Positions 1 to 12,610 of a stretch of 64,000 nucleotides of DNA are shown here, in pieces (position 1 is the first letter of the stretch; each line of letters starts with the position of its first letter). The stretch comes from Felis catus (lineage: Eukaryota): contig NC_058368.1 of assembly GCF_018350175.1 (NCBI RefSeq), positions 66,156,001-66,220,000 on the forward strand, given 5' to 3'. Both the position numbers and the translations under genes were made by a program. Below the pieces are notes generated by a model, which worked only from the letters and a program-made list of their open reading frames with translations, did no database searches and was not told the origin of the DNA.

Positions 1-142
1 GGAAATGAATTTGCAGAGGCATGTCCTGTCATTTGGAAAGTTGAAAACTTTTGTTCTATGACTCTTTTGAAATGAAGATTAAAATGTTTCAGATAATTGT
101 CTGTCCTTTACATGTCCAAAATGATTTCTGAAACCCATACAA

Positions 143-360
143 GGGGTGCCTGGATAGCTCAGTCGGTGAAAGCATTCGGCTCAATCTCAGCTCAGGTCAT
201 GATGTCATACTTTGTGAGATCAAGACCCACGTCGGGCTCTGTGCTGACATGACAGTGAAGAGACTGTTTGGGATTCGCTCTCTCCCTCTCTCTCTGCTGT
301 CCCGCCCCCCCCCCCCCCGCCTCTCTTTCAAAATAAATAAATAAACTTAAAAAAAATAAA
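143..360 (+). mobile_element. Can-SINE (tRNA-derived carnivore SINE), older copy
   Basis: GGGGTGCCTGG head, CT-rich body, AATAAA/A tail; degenerate TSD (aaacccatacaa / aaatgcatacaa). Confidence 0.9.
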
Positions 361-963
361 ATGCATACAATAGGAGGACTTTAATGCAAAACTGTGTATA
401 ATTAAGTCATTAAATTATTGTATATGGGGGAATAAGCAGGGGAAGAAGTAGGTGATCAGAAGAGTCTTAGATGCCAGCATAGCCTCAACCCCTCAACAGG
501 TCTTACCCCTGCTGTTTTCGGGTCATTCCACTCTGACATTTGGTATTCCTCCTTCCCTTTTCCTATTCATCCTTCCTTATGTTTTTCTTGTTTCTCATCT
601 CTGTGTCCCCATTCAGGAAGACTCACATTGTCCCTTTTAACTGAAGGATCCACTTTCTTTGGGAATTTACTCTTTCTTTAGCTGTAGTCCCCTTTCTTGA
701 ACTAGGTCAAACCCCTGCCTTGATCTCCTTCTGATGCTGGGTAAGACCAATTCCCTGTCCCAAAGGCAGGGAAGTCATCATCAGATTCAGGTGCCCATAT
801 GTTGTCCTAGCAGAAAGGGAAACCTATCATACGCCAAAGAAACACTTCCCACTGCTTCACTGCTTGGAGTGTCCATGGCTTCTCCATTAAAGGTACGGTA
901 ATACACGTCCGTCAACATCACAGCTGAAATTCAAGTGTAGATGTTCAGACCCATAGTTTATGT

Positions 964-965
<2 letters not shown>

Positions 966-998
<33 letters not shown>

Positions 999-1056
999 TA
1001 CATAAACCAAAATTATATGTGTGTATATATGCATGCATATATATATATATATATAT
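966..1056. repeat. (CA)n and (TA)n microsatellites
   Basis: Visible dinucleotide runs. Confidence 0.95.
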
Positions 1057-1519
1057 TAAATTTTATATAAAATCAGAGTCCTTGTTAAAATCATCATACA
1101 TTCACTCGTTTATTTAATAATATCATTGAGCACCAACTACGTGCCAGGCCCTGTTCCAAGTCCTGGGAATACAGTGAACTAAACAAAGCCTGTGCTCTAT
1201 TTGAGTTTACATTGTGGTGAGGGGAAAGGCAACAACAGAGTAAAAAGTATCAGATTTAGTGTATCAGTCGATGATAAGTGCCATGAAGAAAAATAAGGAA
1301 GGAAGGCATACCAAAGGATGCGGGAAGGGAAGTTTGCTCTTTTAAAGGACATGCTAAGGAAAGCTTCACTGACATACTGACATTTCAGCAGACACATGAA
1401 AAATGTGACTGAGAAGACCGGGGTCTGTCTCGGAGAACATTCATTATAGGCAAAGGGAACGGCAAGTGCAAAGGCCCTGTGGCAGAACTGTGCGTGGCTT
1501 CTTCCAGACACAGAAAGGA

Positions 1520-1642
1520 GTAGTTTCTCTGAATTCTACAACTCGCTAGATGGCTGGCTGGCTGGCAGTAGTGTGGAGGAGCACCTATGCAGAAAACGGT
1601 GTAACTAGTGCCCCCTAGAGTTGTGCCATGAGTCAGCCCTTA
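1520..1642. mobile_element. Possible MER91-like hAT-Tip100 remnant inside L2
   Basis: gtgccccctagagttgtgc resembles recalled MER91 ggcgccccctggagttgtgca; segment breaks L2 continuity. Confidence 0.4.
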
Positions 1643-1762
1643 CAAGGCCACCAATGTGGCTAGAGTACAAGGAGGGAAAGTGGTAGGACATGAGGTTTGA
1701 CAGGTGGCAAGGAGCTAGATCACAGAGGGCTTTATAGACCTGTGTAAAGATTTGTGTTTACT

Positions 1763-2178
1763 CAGTGGTGTGCTGGTGAATGTTGAATATCTAGAGGGGA
1801 TTTGGCTTTGATTGTACCATTTGCCAACTGCTGTGATGGAAATACCCTCACCCGGGCTGAGTTCAAGCATGACTGAATTGCTGAATGTAAAGTTGGGGAG
1901 ACATGTGCAGTGGTACAGTGTTCTGTTGCATTTCTCACATGCAAATATAATAGATGTAAATCATTGCAAGGGTATACATAATAGCAAAATATAATAAGAT
2001 GACTAAAAAGTGGTGAGTTTGAATATTTGTTACCTTTGTTTTGTAAATGATTTATTTAATTTTTGGCTTATATAATTTAATATTTAGCAGTGGCTATGTT
2101 TAACCAGCTTGCAAAATTTGTAAATGTGTAATTGCTACCTTTCTTGAACAGGTGTAAGTTGCCTCCAGCACACCACTG
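1763..2178. mobile_element. MER63-type (hAT-Blackjack) non-autonomous DNA transposon
   Basis: Perfect 14-bp terminal inverted repeats cagtggtgtgctgg (1763-1776) / ccagcacaccactg (2165-2178). Confidence 0.85.
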
Positions 2179-2230
2179 ACATTCCTCTGAGTGACGGTTT
2201 ATAAGCAGTAGGCATGAGTCATCAGACTGT

Positions 2231-2451
2231 TTTTGTGTGTGTGTGTGTTTTTAGTTTATTTATTTATTTTGAGAGAGAGAGAGAGGTGAGGGTGAGGGGA
2301 AGGGGCAGAGAGAGAGGGAGAGAGAATCCCAGGCAGGCTCCACACTGTCAGCGGGGAGCCCCACGTAGGGCTCAAACTCATGAAACGTGAGATTGTGAAC
2401 TGAGCAAAACTCGAGTCAGACACTCAGCCAGCTGAGCCACCCAGGCACCCC
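2231..2451 (-). mobile_element. Can-SINE
   Basis: Antisense SINE ending gagccacccaggcacccc; cagactg on both flanks. Confidence 0.92.
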
Positions 2452-5400
2452 CAGACTGGGGTCTTAAAGGATCACTCTGCTGTACTGAAAACAAGCTGAT
2501 AGATGGTCAAACACAAAAGCAGGGAGACAAATTAGGAGTGTTGCAAGAACCCTTAGGGTTCAGCGTGGCTCATTTGGAAAATTCCTGCATGTGGTCATGT
2601 TTTCCCCCCACCCCCCACGTGGCTTAGGAGCATTTGCATATAAACCTGTTTAGTCACTTGCCATACTTCTCCTCTGTTAGGATGCGAGGTCTCTTCACGG
2701 TTAATGTTTCTGAAATCAGGATGAAATTGGAATGTGTCTCAAAATTGTGTACATTTAATATATACTATTTCTTTTTTCCTAAAAAGCTGGTATTAAATCA
2801 ATGTGGGCCTAGCAATTGATAGCATTTTACAACTGAGAAAACATTCCATTTTGCTTTGTGAACCACAGAATTGATCGTAGTAATGTATTGTTTGTGTCCC
2901 ACAATTGAATAAAACTAATAAAGGTTTTGAAATGTGAAAATATAGTCTATAAATAAAAGCTAAGGAAAGTGAGAATGTTTTAATAGGAGAAGCCAGCCCT
3001 GGGGTGTGGGGAAGGGTGCAAGAGGAATCAATGAATCAAGTATCCGGGGAGGCCAGTGAGTTCTCCTCTGATTAACTAAGACAGACAACCACCTCGCAGT
3101 GTGATTTAAGGAGTATTGTGTCCCTTCTCACCAGCCTGCAAAGATAGATTCCCACTAGCTCAGTTCTTTGGGGTTAAAGCATTGTCTCCAGGTGATAGCT
3201 GTTAAAACATCTAAAAATGACCCGGGAGGCATGGTACATTCACAGAGGGACCCATTAAAAAGATTAAGGGAAGGGCAGCACCCGGAGGAAATGAGACAGG
3301 AAAATCCTAATGGCGGGTCAGTGTTGTTTAAAGATCTAATGCAGAGTTTTTCAGCACCTGGTATACCTGAACCTCTTTGAACAGACCCCTTTGGCTTCAG
3401 AAAGCCTATACCAGCTTGTGCTCTCAGAAGCCATTCTACCAACCCCACCTCCTTCCCCCATTGTAACCGTTGCTCACCATTCCTGGGTCCCCATGCTAGG
3501 TCCTGAGGCTGTTTGGCATTTGTTTGGCACAAAAGCACAGATTATATCTGCCCTTACTCTTTTCTCTCCAGCCAGGAATAATTCAATTTGTGTTTTAGCG
3601 TATCGCACTTCACAGTTTTTGTAATGTCACATCCAGATCTCAGTTTATGAAGTAACTCAAGAAATGAGAGTCATCCATAAGAATATTTTTCAGTCAGTAG
3701 CTATCCCTGAGAAAGAGAAGTTTCATTTTTATAACTGGTAAAAATAATTTAACAGGGATATAATGGACTTTGGATGATTACTGTCTTTAAAATTAGGATA
3801 CACGGCAATGCTTAACGATACATTATCTGTTAAGTGCTATCCATTTAGGTGAGAGCTAGAAGCCAACATGTTCGTGAACCCAAACAAAACATGGGCACAG
3901 AGGAATTTGCAAAATCCGATTTGTTAGCTATCCAGATGATTTTTTTAGATGACTATCAAAATGTTTTCACTTAAAACTTCTCTAAGTAGACCTGCAGACT
4001 ACCCCCCTCCAAATGCCTATGGATTACAGCTGAAATAGCCTGGGTCACGTATAATATTCTTCACACTATGAGCAATGCTGGGGTCCCTCGGGCCACCATC
4101 TCTTCCATCCAGGCACCTATACCCCACTTCAGAAAAACTTCTCTGATATGGTCCATGTTTGTATCTTTCAGGGTTAAGCCTAAGATTCCATTTGGAAAAA
4201 AAACAGTCCCACTCCTATTACTATATAATTTGAAAACCACTGATGTGGGCATCCCAAAAGAATGGTCCAACTGGAATATTTTGAGCTCCTATAGGAGCAA
4301 GAAGTTGGGAGAAGAGGACCCCATTCCAACCTTCCCTGCCTCACAATTTTAAAGGTCCTGCTTATAGAATTATTATATGAATACCAATGAAAGCGAGTTT
4401 TCTGTTTCTAGGAAGTATAAAAATGATATAAATAATAGTATATAAATAATAAATAAAGTATATAAATAATAAGTAGAATACAACATGTGTTGTTTGAGAC
4501 GACGGTTTGCCATAGTTTATATTGGGCAGGCATTTCAGACTTTTTCTCGTTTAATCCTCCATGAGGCCTCATTTAGCTTTATTTCATAAATCAGGAAAAG
4601 GGGAGATTCAAACCCAGATTCCTCTGCCTAGATCTAACATCATGTTCAAACGACCATAGTGTGTTCCAAACTCTTGGAACTTCTAACATTTACTCAGTAT
4701 TTTAAAGAAGCGTCTGCTAGAAAAAACGTTTTCTCTGGGGCGTGTTAGGTCTGGCTTTGCCCAGAGTTGGTAACTGGGCTGGCTGATCAGTGTGACAACT
4801 CTAGCCTGTTGGCCAACTGTCCCGTTTGATCTGGAACTCTTTGCAGGGTGGTTTTGGCAAGGGAGAGGAGGGAGATGAAACCATACTGCAGGATGAAACA
4901 TGCACTGTTTTTTGGTGGAAAAGTGTTCCCAGGCTAAACTCGGGTTCATTCATTGACTACTCCACACACGTCGTAAATCAGCCAGAAGAGAGTTATTTCC
5001 ATATTTTAAATTGCTGCAAAAATCTCTCCAACTCCCTCATTTTGCAGATAAAGCGTCAACATCATGTGAAGCAGCATATGCTGAATTATAATGCTCACTT
5101 CAGAAATCATACTCACTTGGTGGGTTTTTGACGCTCTTCTAACACACAACCATAACCTAAATCTGGTTCCAGAAGCTGTTTATTTCTGTAGTTGTGTATT
5201 ATTAAAATCCTCCTAAGTTTCTGTCTCAGCTATTTAGAAAACTAAAGAAAGAATCCCTGTTGCCTTTGAATAATATCTTGATTCTTACTAATATCTTACT
5301 GAAATACATCAAAAGGGGTTTAAAAATGCATTTCATAATATTTTAACCATTCTGATATGAGTTATATTATGAATCTCATGAATCTTTTCAAAATATTGAA

Positions 5401-5587
5401 ACTGGAAAAACTGAGACAGAAAAACACAATTAGTAAATATTTAAATATCAATATTTACAAACATCGCAGAAATATGCTTTGAAAATATCTAAAATATTAA
5501 AAGATATGTGTGCTAGAAAATCCTTACGTGAAGTCTGGGCAATAAAATATATGGCAATATTAAATCTCATTTTGCATTTAAAAAAAA

Positions 5588-5797
5588 TTTTTTTAACGTT
5601 TATTTATTTTTGAGACAGAGAGAGACAGAGCATGAACGGGGGAGGGGCAGAGAGAGAGGGAGACACAGAATCGGAAGCAGGCTCCAGGCTCTGAGCCGTC
5701 AGCCCAGAGCCCGACGCAGGGCTCGAACTCACGGACCGCGAGATGGTGACCTGAGCTGAAGTCGGAGGCTTAACCGACTGAGCCACCCAGGTGCCCC
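5588..5797 (-). mobile_element. Can-SINE (SINEC_Fc-like)
   Basis: Antisense SINE with many CpGs retained; TSD tcattttgc(a/g)ttt. Confidence 0.95.
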
Positions 5798-6738
5798 TCA
5801 TTTTGCGTTTTTAATTAGAGGAAAAAAATTTTAAACCTAAACACTTTGTTAAATATAAACACTTCCAGAAAATGTTTTACTATTAATCATGTTAATATAT
5901 ATTTTAAGCTCCTGTTTCGTAACAGGTATATCAAACATAGTGTATTTAGGACATGTCATACTTATGTCCTAAAACTATATGAATAAAACTTAACTCTTAT
6001 TCCTTATACATTAACAGTAGTGTCTTGTTGCATAAAGCATATTATATGTAATTCTCCCCATCTTGGTTACAAGATGTCGTGATGTAAATATCCACGTGAG
6101 ATAACATCATATATTCATTTTTCAGGAACTAAGAGATAAAAGCACCAAAAATATCCCACAAATCTTAAAAGTTCTCAGTTTCTTGCGTCTATGTTTATGT
6201 TGGAGAAAAAAATGAAGGGGGAGAAGGGGGAAGTATTTGCTATAACTCATGTTGTGATTTATTGGATGCTAATCTTAAGAATACAAGATTACATTTCAAA
6301 GGTCAGCTTTACAGTTATGAAAAACAAAGACTGTGTGTGTTCGATACTAATGAGCCCTATTTATTCAGTGGGTGAAGTCAGCCAAATATTAGATTAAATC
6401 TAGATCACAAAATGTTCTTATTAGGCATAGAAGCTTCTCTGGGTGCAGATGTGCTAATATTCAATAGAATGCTGTTCAAAATATTTCCCCTCAATTACTG
6501 AGGTAAATAAGTTTCACTGGCCAAATGGGGAGGGGAGATCATTTACAAAATTAAAATTGATTTTAATGTGTAAAAGCACAAGTAGGACAGTCTAATACTT
6601 TTCAAAATGTGACTTTATTTGCTTTATAACACATTCCTTTGAAAAGTAAGTACGTTTCGGGGGAGACTGCAATTTCCAAGACCACGGGTTTGTTTAGGTA
6701 TCTTTTAAGCACCTTCGTATTTAGAACATTGCTGTTCA

Positions 6739-6953
6739 GGGGCGCCTGGGTGGCGCAGTCGGTTAAGCGTCCGACTTCAGCCAGGTCACGATCTCACGGT
6801 CTGTGAGTTCGAGCCCCGCGTCGGGCTCTGGGCTGATGGCTCAGAGCCTGGAGCCTGTTTCCGATTCTGTGTCTCCCTCTCTCTCTGCCCCTCCCCCATT
6901 CATGCTCTGTCTCTCTCTGTCCCAAAAATAAATAAATGTTGAAAAAAAAAAAA
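6739..6953 (+). mobile_element. Young Can-SINE (SINEC_Fc-like)
   Basis: Pol III A/B boxes; perfect 17-bp TSD tagaacattgctgttca (6722-6738, 6954-6970). Confidence 0.97.
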
Positions 6954-7069
6954 TAGAACATTGCTGTTCATCGATAGCCAGTTTACTTACAGACATTTCA
7001 GGTGTACTTGTTTTGTGTTTCCTACTTTCTTCCTTCAGTTTTGTCAATTGTGTACATCTTGGTCATTTA

Positions 7070-7460
7070 GCCCATTCGTTTTTTAACAAATGATTCTGAA
7101 AAGCCCCTTACATACCAGGCACTGTGCTTGGCACCCGTGATACAAACATAATCAAGTCATGATCCCTGCCTTCAAGGAGCCCACTGTGTAAAAACAGAGG
7201 AAGAAATGATGCGTCCATGGGGATAGATCAGAGAAGGCATCACAGACTTGGAGAGAAGGATTTCTCAGGCAAAAGAGGGGGCGCTTTATAGGGTTGCCTG
7301 AATGGCTCATTTGGTTAAGTGCCCTACTCTTGATTTCCACTCAGGTCATGATCTCACAGTTCCTGAGATTGAGCCCCATGTCAGGCTGTGCACTGGCAGC
7401 ACAGAGCCTGCTTGGGATCCTCTCTCTCCCTCTCTCTCTGCCCCTCCACTGCGTGTCTGT

Positions 7461-7502
<42 letters not shown>

Positions 7503-8060
7503 AAAATAAACATTTAAAAAAAAAAGAGAGAGACGGGATTGTATACCCTGGAAGAGAAGGGGGATGTAAACACTGAAGTATGATAAGGGCAGAGAGGAAG
7601 GAGAAGGCAGAAAGCAGACTAGTGGGCAAGGAGGAGGTATATCAGGAATGGCACCTTTGCTCCCACTCAGGAGACGGAACCTCATTGCATAAGGAAGCGG
7701 GGTGCGGGTCTCCGAAAAATTCAACAGTGGCTGAAAAATTCACTGAGTGGAGGGTGAAGGAGGCAGAGACTAAAGGCAAGAGCACAGGTTGGACTGTTCA
7801 ACAGCCCCATTCTTGGGCTAAATCCCTTAGCTGAAGAAGCACTAGCCAGGACAGAGTGAAGGAGACCCATAACAGGGTCAGAGAGCATGACCGATAGGAC
7901 TTGGTGACCAGTTCCGTCAAGATGGAAACAGCCAGCAGAACTCCCAAGTGTCTGATCCCACCAAGTAGGTTGGTAGTGCTGTCATCCCTTAAGACGAGTC
8001 ATGGAAAGGGAGAAAATGGTCTTCAGGGAATGAAATGCTCTTTGAGATACCAGCTTGGGA
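7070..8060 (-). mobile_element. Degraded L2 fragment split by a Can-SINE
   Basis: cattcgtttttaacaaatg...ccaggcactgtgcttggc...tccctgccttcaaggagc matches antisense L2 3' end. Confidence 0.65.
7291..7524 (+). mobile_element. Can-SINE, older subfamily
   Basis: Diverged head, (CT)n, A tail. Confidence 0.92.
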
Positions 8061-8249
8061 TATGACTGTGGAAAAGCCACGTCTTTATGGAAGGCACACT
8101 CAGACTGGTGAGGGCAGGACTGGTGATAACTACCAAAATATCGGAGGGTGGGCTGCTGCTGCTTTACCAGTCAGTGAGTTTCCCCCTACAGATCAAACTT
8201 CACGGTGAGAATCATGCAGCATGATGCACACGTGGGTTTTTTTAAGTTG

Positions 8250-11200
8250 ACAATTTAAAAAACGCATTTATTTTTTTCAACAAATATTTGATCAGTCCTA
8301 TTCTGTGTAAGAAAGGCAGTGCGTTTTATAACGTAACTAGTAAGGTTTAGTGGTTGCACACAAGCACTGGTTACACAGCCCTACTCTGGGCACATTTCTT
8401 TGCTTGCTTTGTTAAAATCCCTTTGTATTTGGGGGGGAAAAAGATGAGAAATTGGCCTTCAACATCTGAGAGCACCTGAGACACATAATTTAAGGAGCAA
8501 TCAGAATCAAGCTAGCTGCTACATCAGGGTTGGTCTCTCCTCGGCGGTTTTTCCCAGGATTTGCACGGCTGTGAAGATGGTCTTGAAGATAAGGTTATGT
8601 GGCCTTCTAGTAGCTTTTGGAAAAGGAATTGTTCAAAATGAATAACCATTTTTTCAAAAAATCTCTTTCCCTAAGAGCAGTAGTATTTGGTGATAAATTG
8701 AATGCTTCTCACTGAATTGAACATATCATGATCTAGATAGAAGCCTCAGCCTGAAAAAAAATAAATAAATAAAACATGGCACCTTTCAGAGTATCATAAG
8801 ATGAGCTATTTCTGATCCTTAAAGTGTCTAGCTTCTGGCAAAGGAGTGTCTGTTAAGGCAGGTTCCTCTTTCTGAGATATAAATGATATGTTTTCTATAA
8901 GAGCACAAAATATGCCAGTTTTGCTCATATATTAGTAGCATGGGTTTCTGCAGAATAGAAATCTACGTAACCATCTCTTACAAGGGAAGAACAGTATCCA
9001 CATACAGAAAGAGCACAGACATTACCTCTTGGTGAAAATTAGAAACAGAGACACACACGTGTGGCTCTTAGCTCAACTTTCATATTTGAGACAAAGTGGA
9101 AAAACACAGGAAATACGGTTAGTAAAGATTCTCTCACAATCCATGCATGGTCTGTTAGGTTTTTTTATTATTTGCTTTGTTTATTTGTTTGATTTTCAGT
9201 CTGTTGCATGAATTTCCTGGTAATGTGTCTACGAAATGCCCACAGACAAGTTAGTCCCACCTCTTGTGTTCCTTCCTGCCGTTTCATTTATAGAGAAATG
9301 TAAAATTAATAGGCTTTGAAAGAAGAGAAGTTGTGTCCTATTATTATCCTGTTACGTGTTGCTGCAGCGAAGATATGAAATTGAAAGTGGCAGAATGTGG
9401 AATGAAAAGGGTCTGATAGTTTGACATTGTGACCTGTTTATGAACTGAGGGCGGAACCCTGCATCCTTGGAGTGAGGGTTCTCGTAGATGTAGATCTAAA
9501 AGAGTGTCAAGCTGTTTCAGTAATGCCTTCTTCTTACAGAACCTCATCGAGGCAAGCTGCAAAAAGATATAATCTCTGATTAATGCAGCCTTTAATTGTG
9601 AGACTAAGAGATTCCTTACTGAATTTCCAGAAGTTTCTACAAGAACCTCCTAACCATTCCAGCCCCTTCCATCTCTCCTCCAAAACTTACAAATTTTGGT
9701 GTGTGTCAACTGCATTTCCTTTAATGAAGAGAAGCCACTTGTTAGAAGAGATCCTCTGTTTTTCTTCCTTACTGTTTGAGTTCGTTTTTTAAAAGCTGTG
9801 GTAGACGAAAGAAAATCTTTTTTTTCTCCATAATCTAAGAATTATTTCACAGAAAGGAAAAGAGAAGCATTTTCAAGGGGTTCTGCCTCCCTTCTGCTTT
9901 TGAGAATATGAATGTCCACATCCTCCTGGCTGGAGACCAGTGAATAATACTGAAAGGCCAGGGCTATACAGTAGAGCAATATCAACACCCATCTATTCTG
10001 CAGAGGCAGATTTCAAATTTATACTTAACCATTGCAATAATAATGGCTTTTAGTGACCTACTTCCAAGAAGAAGTTAAACTTCCTATTTGTTTTCAAAAT
10101 GTTTATGTCCTCTAAAAATAATTTCTGGTTTATCTTTTATTGTATGCATCCTAAACATTTAATATCTTCCCAATTAATAGAAAGGAAGTAAAAAAAAACT
10201 TAGGTAAAATATTATTACCTGTTTTCTTTATTTCTTTTCTCATTTTGGGGGACCAGTACATGTGTTTTTTTGTGCCTATATGGTTAACTTAAGAAGTTGT
10301 CTGAGCTAATTTCTATCTTGAGTTACAACTAAAACTTCACAATATCAAACCCCCATTTAAGAAAAAAAAGTTTTGTTGTTCTGAAAATTGCCTTCCATCA
10401 TCCTTTAGCTAGGGACTAAATATCTATTTACCGTACTTTGTAGAAATGCTCCTGGTCATAAAGATCAGAAGTCAAGGGGCGCCTGGGTGGCACAGTCGGT
10501 TAAGCGTCCGACTTCAGCTAGGTCACGATCTCGCGGTCCGTGAGTTCGAGCCCCGCGTCGGGCTCTGGGCTGATGGCTCGGAGCCTGGAGCCTGTTTCCG
10601 ATTCTGTGTCTCCCTCTCTCTCTGCCCCTCCCCCGTTCATGCTCTGTCTCTCTCTGTCCCAAAAATAAATAAACGTTGAAAAAAAATTAAAAAAAAAGAT
10701 CAGAAGTCAAATTGATAAGATATTATTCATTTTTTCTCTTGGAAAATCATAATATGTGTTATATTTTTAGAAAAAAATTTTTATACTGGTCATTTCTCAC
10801 TATAGTAACTTTCTTTTCCTTCTCCTAAATCTCGGCATGGGATCTGACAAGTGAACTTAATAGCTGACATCCAGAAAACCTAAGATGTATAGTTGCATAC
10901 AGTGCCCTATGTTGTGGTTTGAACCTTTCGTGTGGCAAAGAGGCCTTTATACATCAACGTACATGGTAAAAACCCTGAAGCTTAGGGTTTTGTGCATCTG
11001 GACTAGTCCCTGGTTATTCCTGGTTACAAACTGGCAGATAAAGTTCTGCTAAATTATTTTTGCTTCAGTCATAAAAGCAGGAAGAGTGCCTGTGTCCTGT
11101 TATTCAGATAGGCTCACCTGTGGTGACCTCATTAGCTTCACATGTTCAGAAAATCCTTTTCTTGTTTAATTCATCTTTAGGGTGAGATGGAAAATAGTCA

Positions 11201-11619
11201 TTCCTGGCTCTTGAATGTTCCTATCTGCTATCTGGGGCATTTCCTTTCTCATAGGAAAGTGTCTAGAAATAAGGAATTAGAAGGTGCTCAATGAACCAGC
11301 TGAAGCCAAGGAAGTTAGGTTGTTTTCTAGACAAATTTCATAAAGTCCACAATAGCGATTACTTCTGCTCCCTTATAGGAAATGGAATTCTCTGGTTTAG
11401 GTGGTGATGCATTTCTTTTTATGCATCTCTCCTTTCTCAATTTACCAGTCACCACTGAATTATACATAAGGTAGATTTTCCTTAGAATTTGTCTTCTGTT
11501 ATGTTTTAAGATCAATGTGTTGATTTGGGGGGACTCACCTTAGACATTTGTTGAAAATTTAGGAAGGATCCTTTTTATCAAGGACATGATTGCTCATCTC
11601 CTCTTGAGTATGTCACTAG
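8250..11619 (-). ncRNA. Putative spliced non-coding transcript (candidate exons 11619-11539, 11262-11118, 9556-9434, 8750 to about 8250)
   Basis: Co-oriented splice signals: donors AAG|GTGAGT (11539) and CAG|GTGAGC (11118); acceptors ttctaattccttatttctag (11262), atctttttgcag (9556), tttatttatttttttttcag (8750). No long ORF; no expression evidence available. Confidence 0.25.
10476..10694 (+). mobile_element. Young Can-SINE (SINEC_Fc-like)
   Basis: Perfect 16-bp TSD aaagatcagaagtcaa (10460-10475, 10695-10710). Confidence 0.97.
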
Positions 11620-11717
11620 CTGAGTTAGATTATTGATCTTTTAAGTGGGAATATTTTCATAATTACTCCACAAAGGGCAACGTAAATAATAATCATTTGC
11701 AAGCGCTTTGTCTGTAG

Positions 11718-12105
11718 TTGTGTACTTCTTACTTAGAGCACAATAGATCATTGTATCTGCCAAAATCTCAGGAGCTCAAAACAACAAAGGTCCTTTTCTT
11801 TCTTACGTTATGTGCCTCTTGTGAGTCAGGTAGGAACTCTGTACCACGTGTCCTCGCGCTGTACCCCAGGGGACGTATCAGTTGCTCTCTGAAATTTGAC
11901 CACTCGCTCTCGCAGAGGGAAGACCAAGTTCTGGCTGGTATTGAATGGGAAGTTAATTTATCTGTCCTGGAAGTTACCATGTTATAACTGACTGGCCAGG
12001 ACAATTTGCATATCCCTACCTGACTACACAGGGATCAGGAATTGCAGTCCCACTGCGTCGCAGAAATGAAGAGAACTGGAATGATCTGGCAAACACTAAT
12101 GACTC
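11718..12105 (-). mobile_element. MLT1 (MaLR) solo LTR
   Basis: ccaaaatctcaggagctcaaaacaacaaaggtccttttctttcttacg matches the reverse complement of the recalled MLT1J/K 3' end. Confidence 0.7.
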
Positions 12106-12610
12106 TCCCAATGATTTGTATGAAGTTGCCATCATCCCTCATGTTGGCATATTTATCTGGAAGGAGTGAAAGCCTCAAGCTGTGTCAAACAATGGTAGAC
12201 TCCCACGATCGTGTTTTAAATTCCCATTTTCTTTATTAATTAGGCTTTTCCACATCCATATTACTCAAAAACATAAACCAATATCTCCATTATACCCCCG
12301 AGCATTTCTCTGAAGTTCCCCTTAATTTCTTTGAGGACCTCAATTTGCTTCAGCAGGAAACTAAAGATTTAGACTAAAGGCTCTCTTCTAAATGTGAAAG
12401 TTTTACGATTGCACTGTGGTGTTATTAAATTGTGACATTTATAGTAGTCAATGATGTCATTATTTATAATGTGCTTTTAACATATTTGAAAAAACAAATG
12501 TGTAGTTCCTTAGCATTTAGACTGCACAGCATTAAACAGAAATGGTAAGGGGTCTCACCATTATCCTCAACTTCAAAATGAGTGGGAACTATGATGAATG
12601 AGCTATAAGC

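Larger units (their letters stand above)
1098..2550 (-). mobile_element. L2 LINE 3' portion, interrupted by younger elements
   Basis: Starts cattcactcgtttatttaataatatcattgagcaccaactacgtgccaggc (antisense of L2 3' end); L2-like sequence resumes at about 1645-1760 and 2455-2550. Confidence 0.8.

Noticed and set aside
6739..6830. tRNA genes at SINE heads (A box, B box GAGTTCGAGCC)
   Set aside because: These are the tRNA-derived heads of Can-SINEs, followed by SINE body, A tail and TSD
8524..8670. Minus-strand peptides GKRFFEKMVIHFEQFLFQKLL and ERDFLKKWLFILNNSF, faintly like a four-helix cytokine helix D
   Set aside because: Both frames are closed by stops between the strong acceptor at 8750 and these peptides; I could not build signal-peptide or matching upstream exons
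9026..9151. 126-nt minus-strand exon candidate
   Set aside because: A-rich acceptor lacking a pyrimidine tract; stops in all three frames
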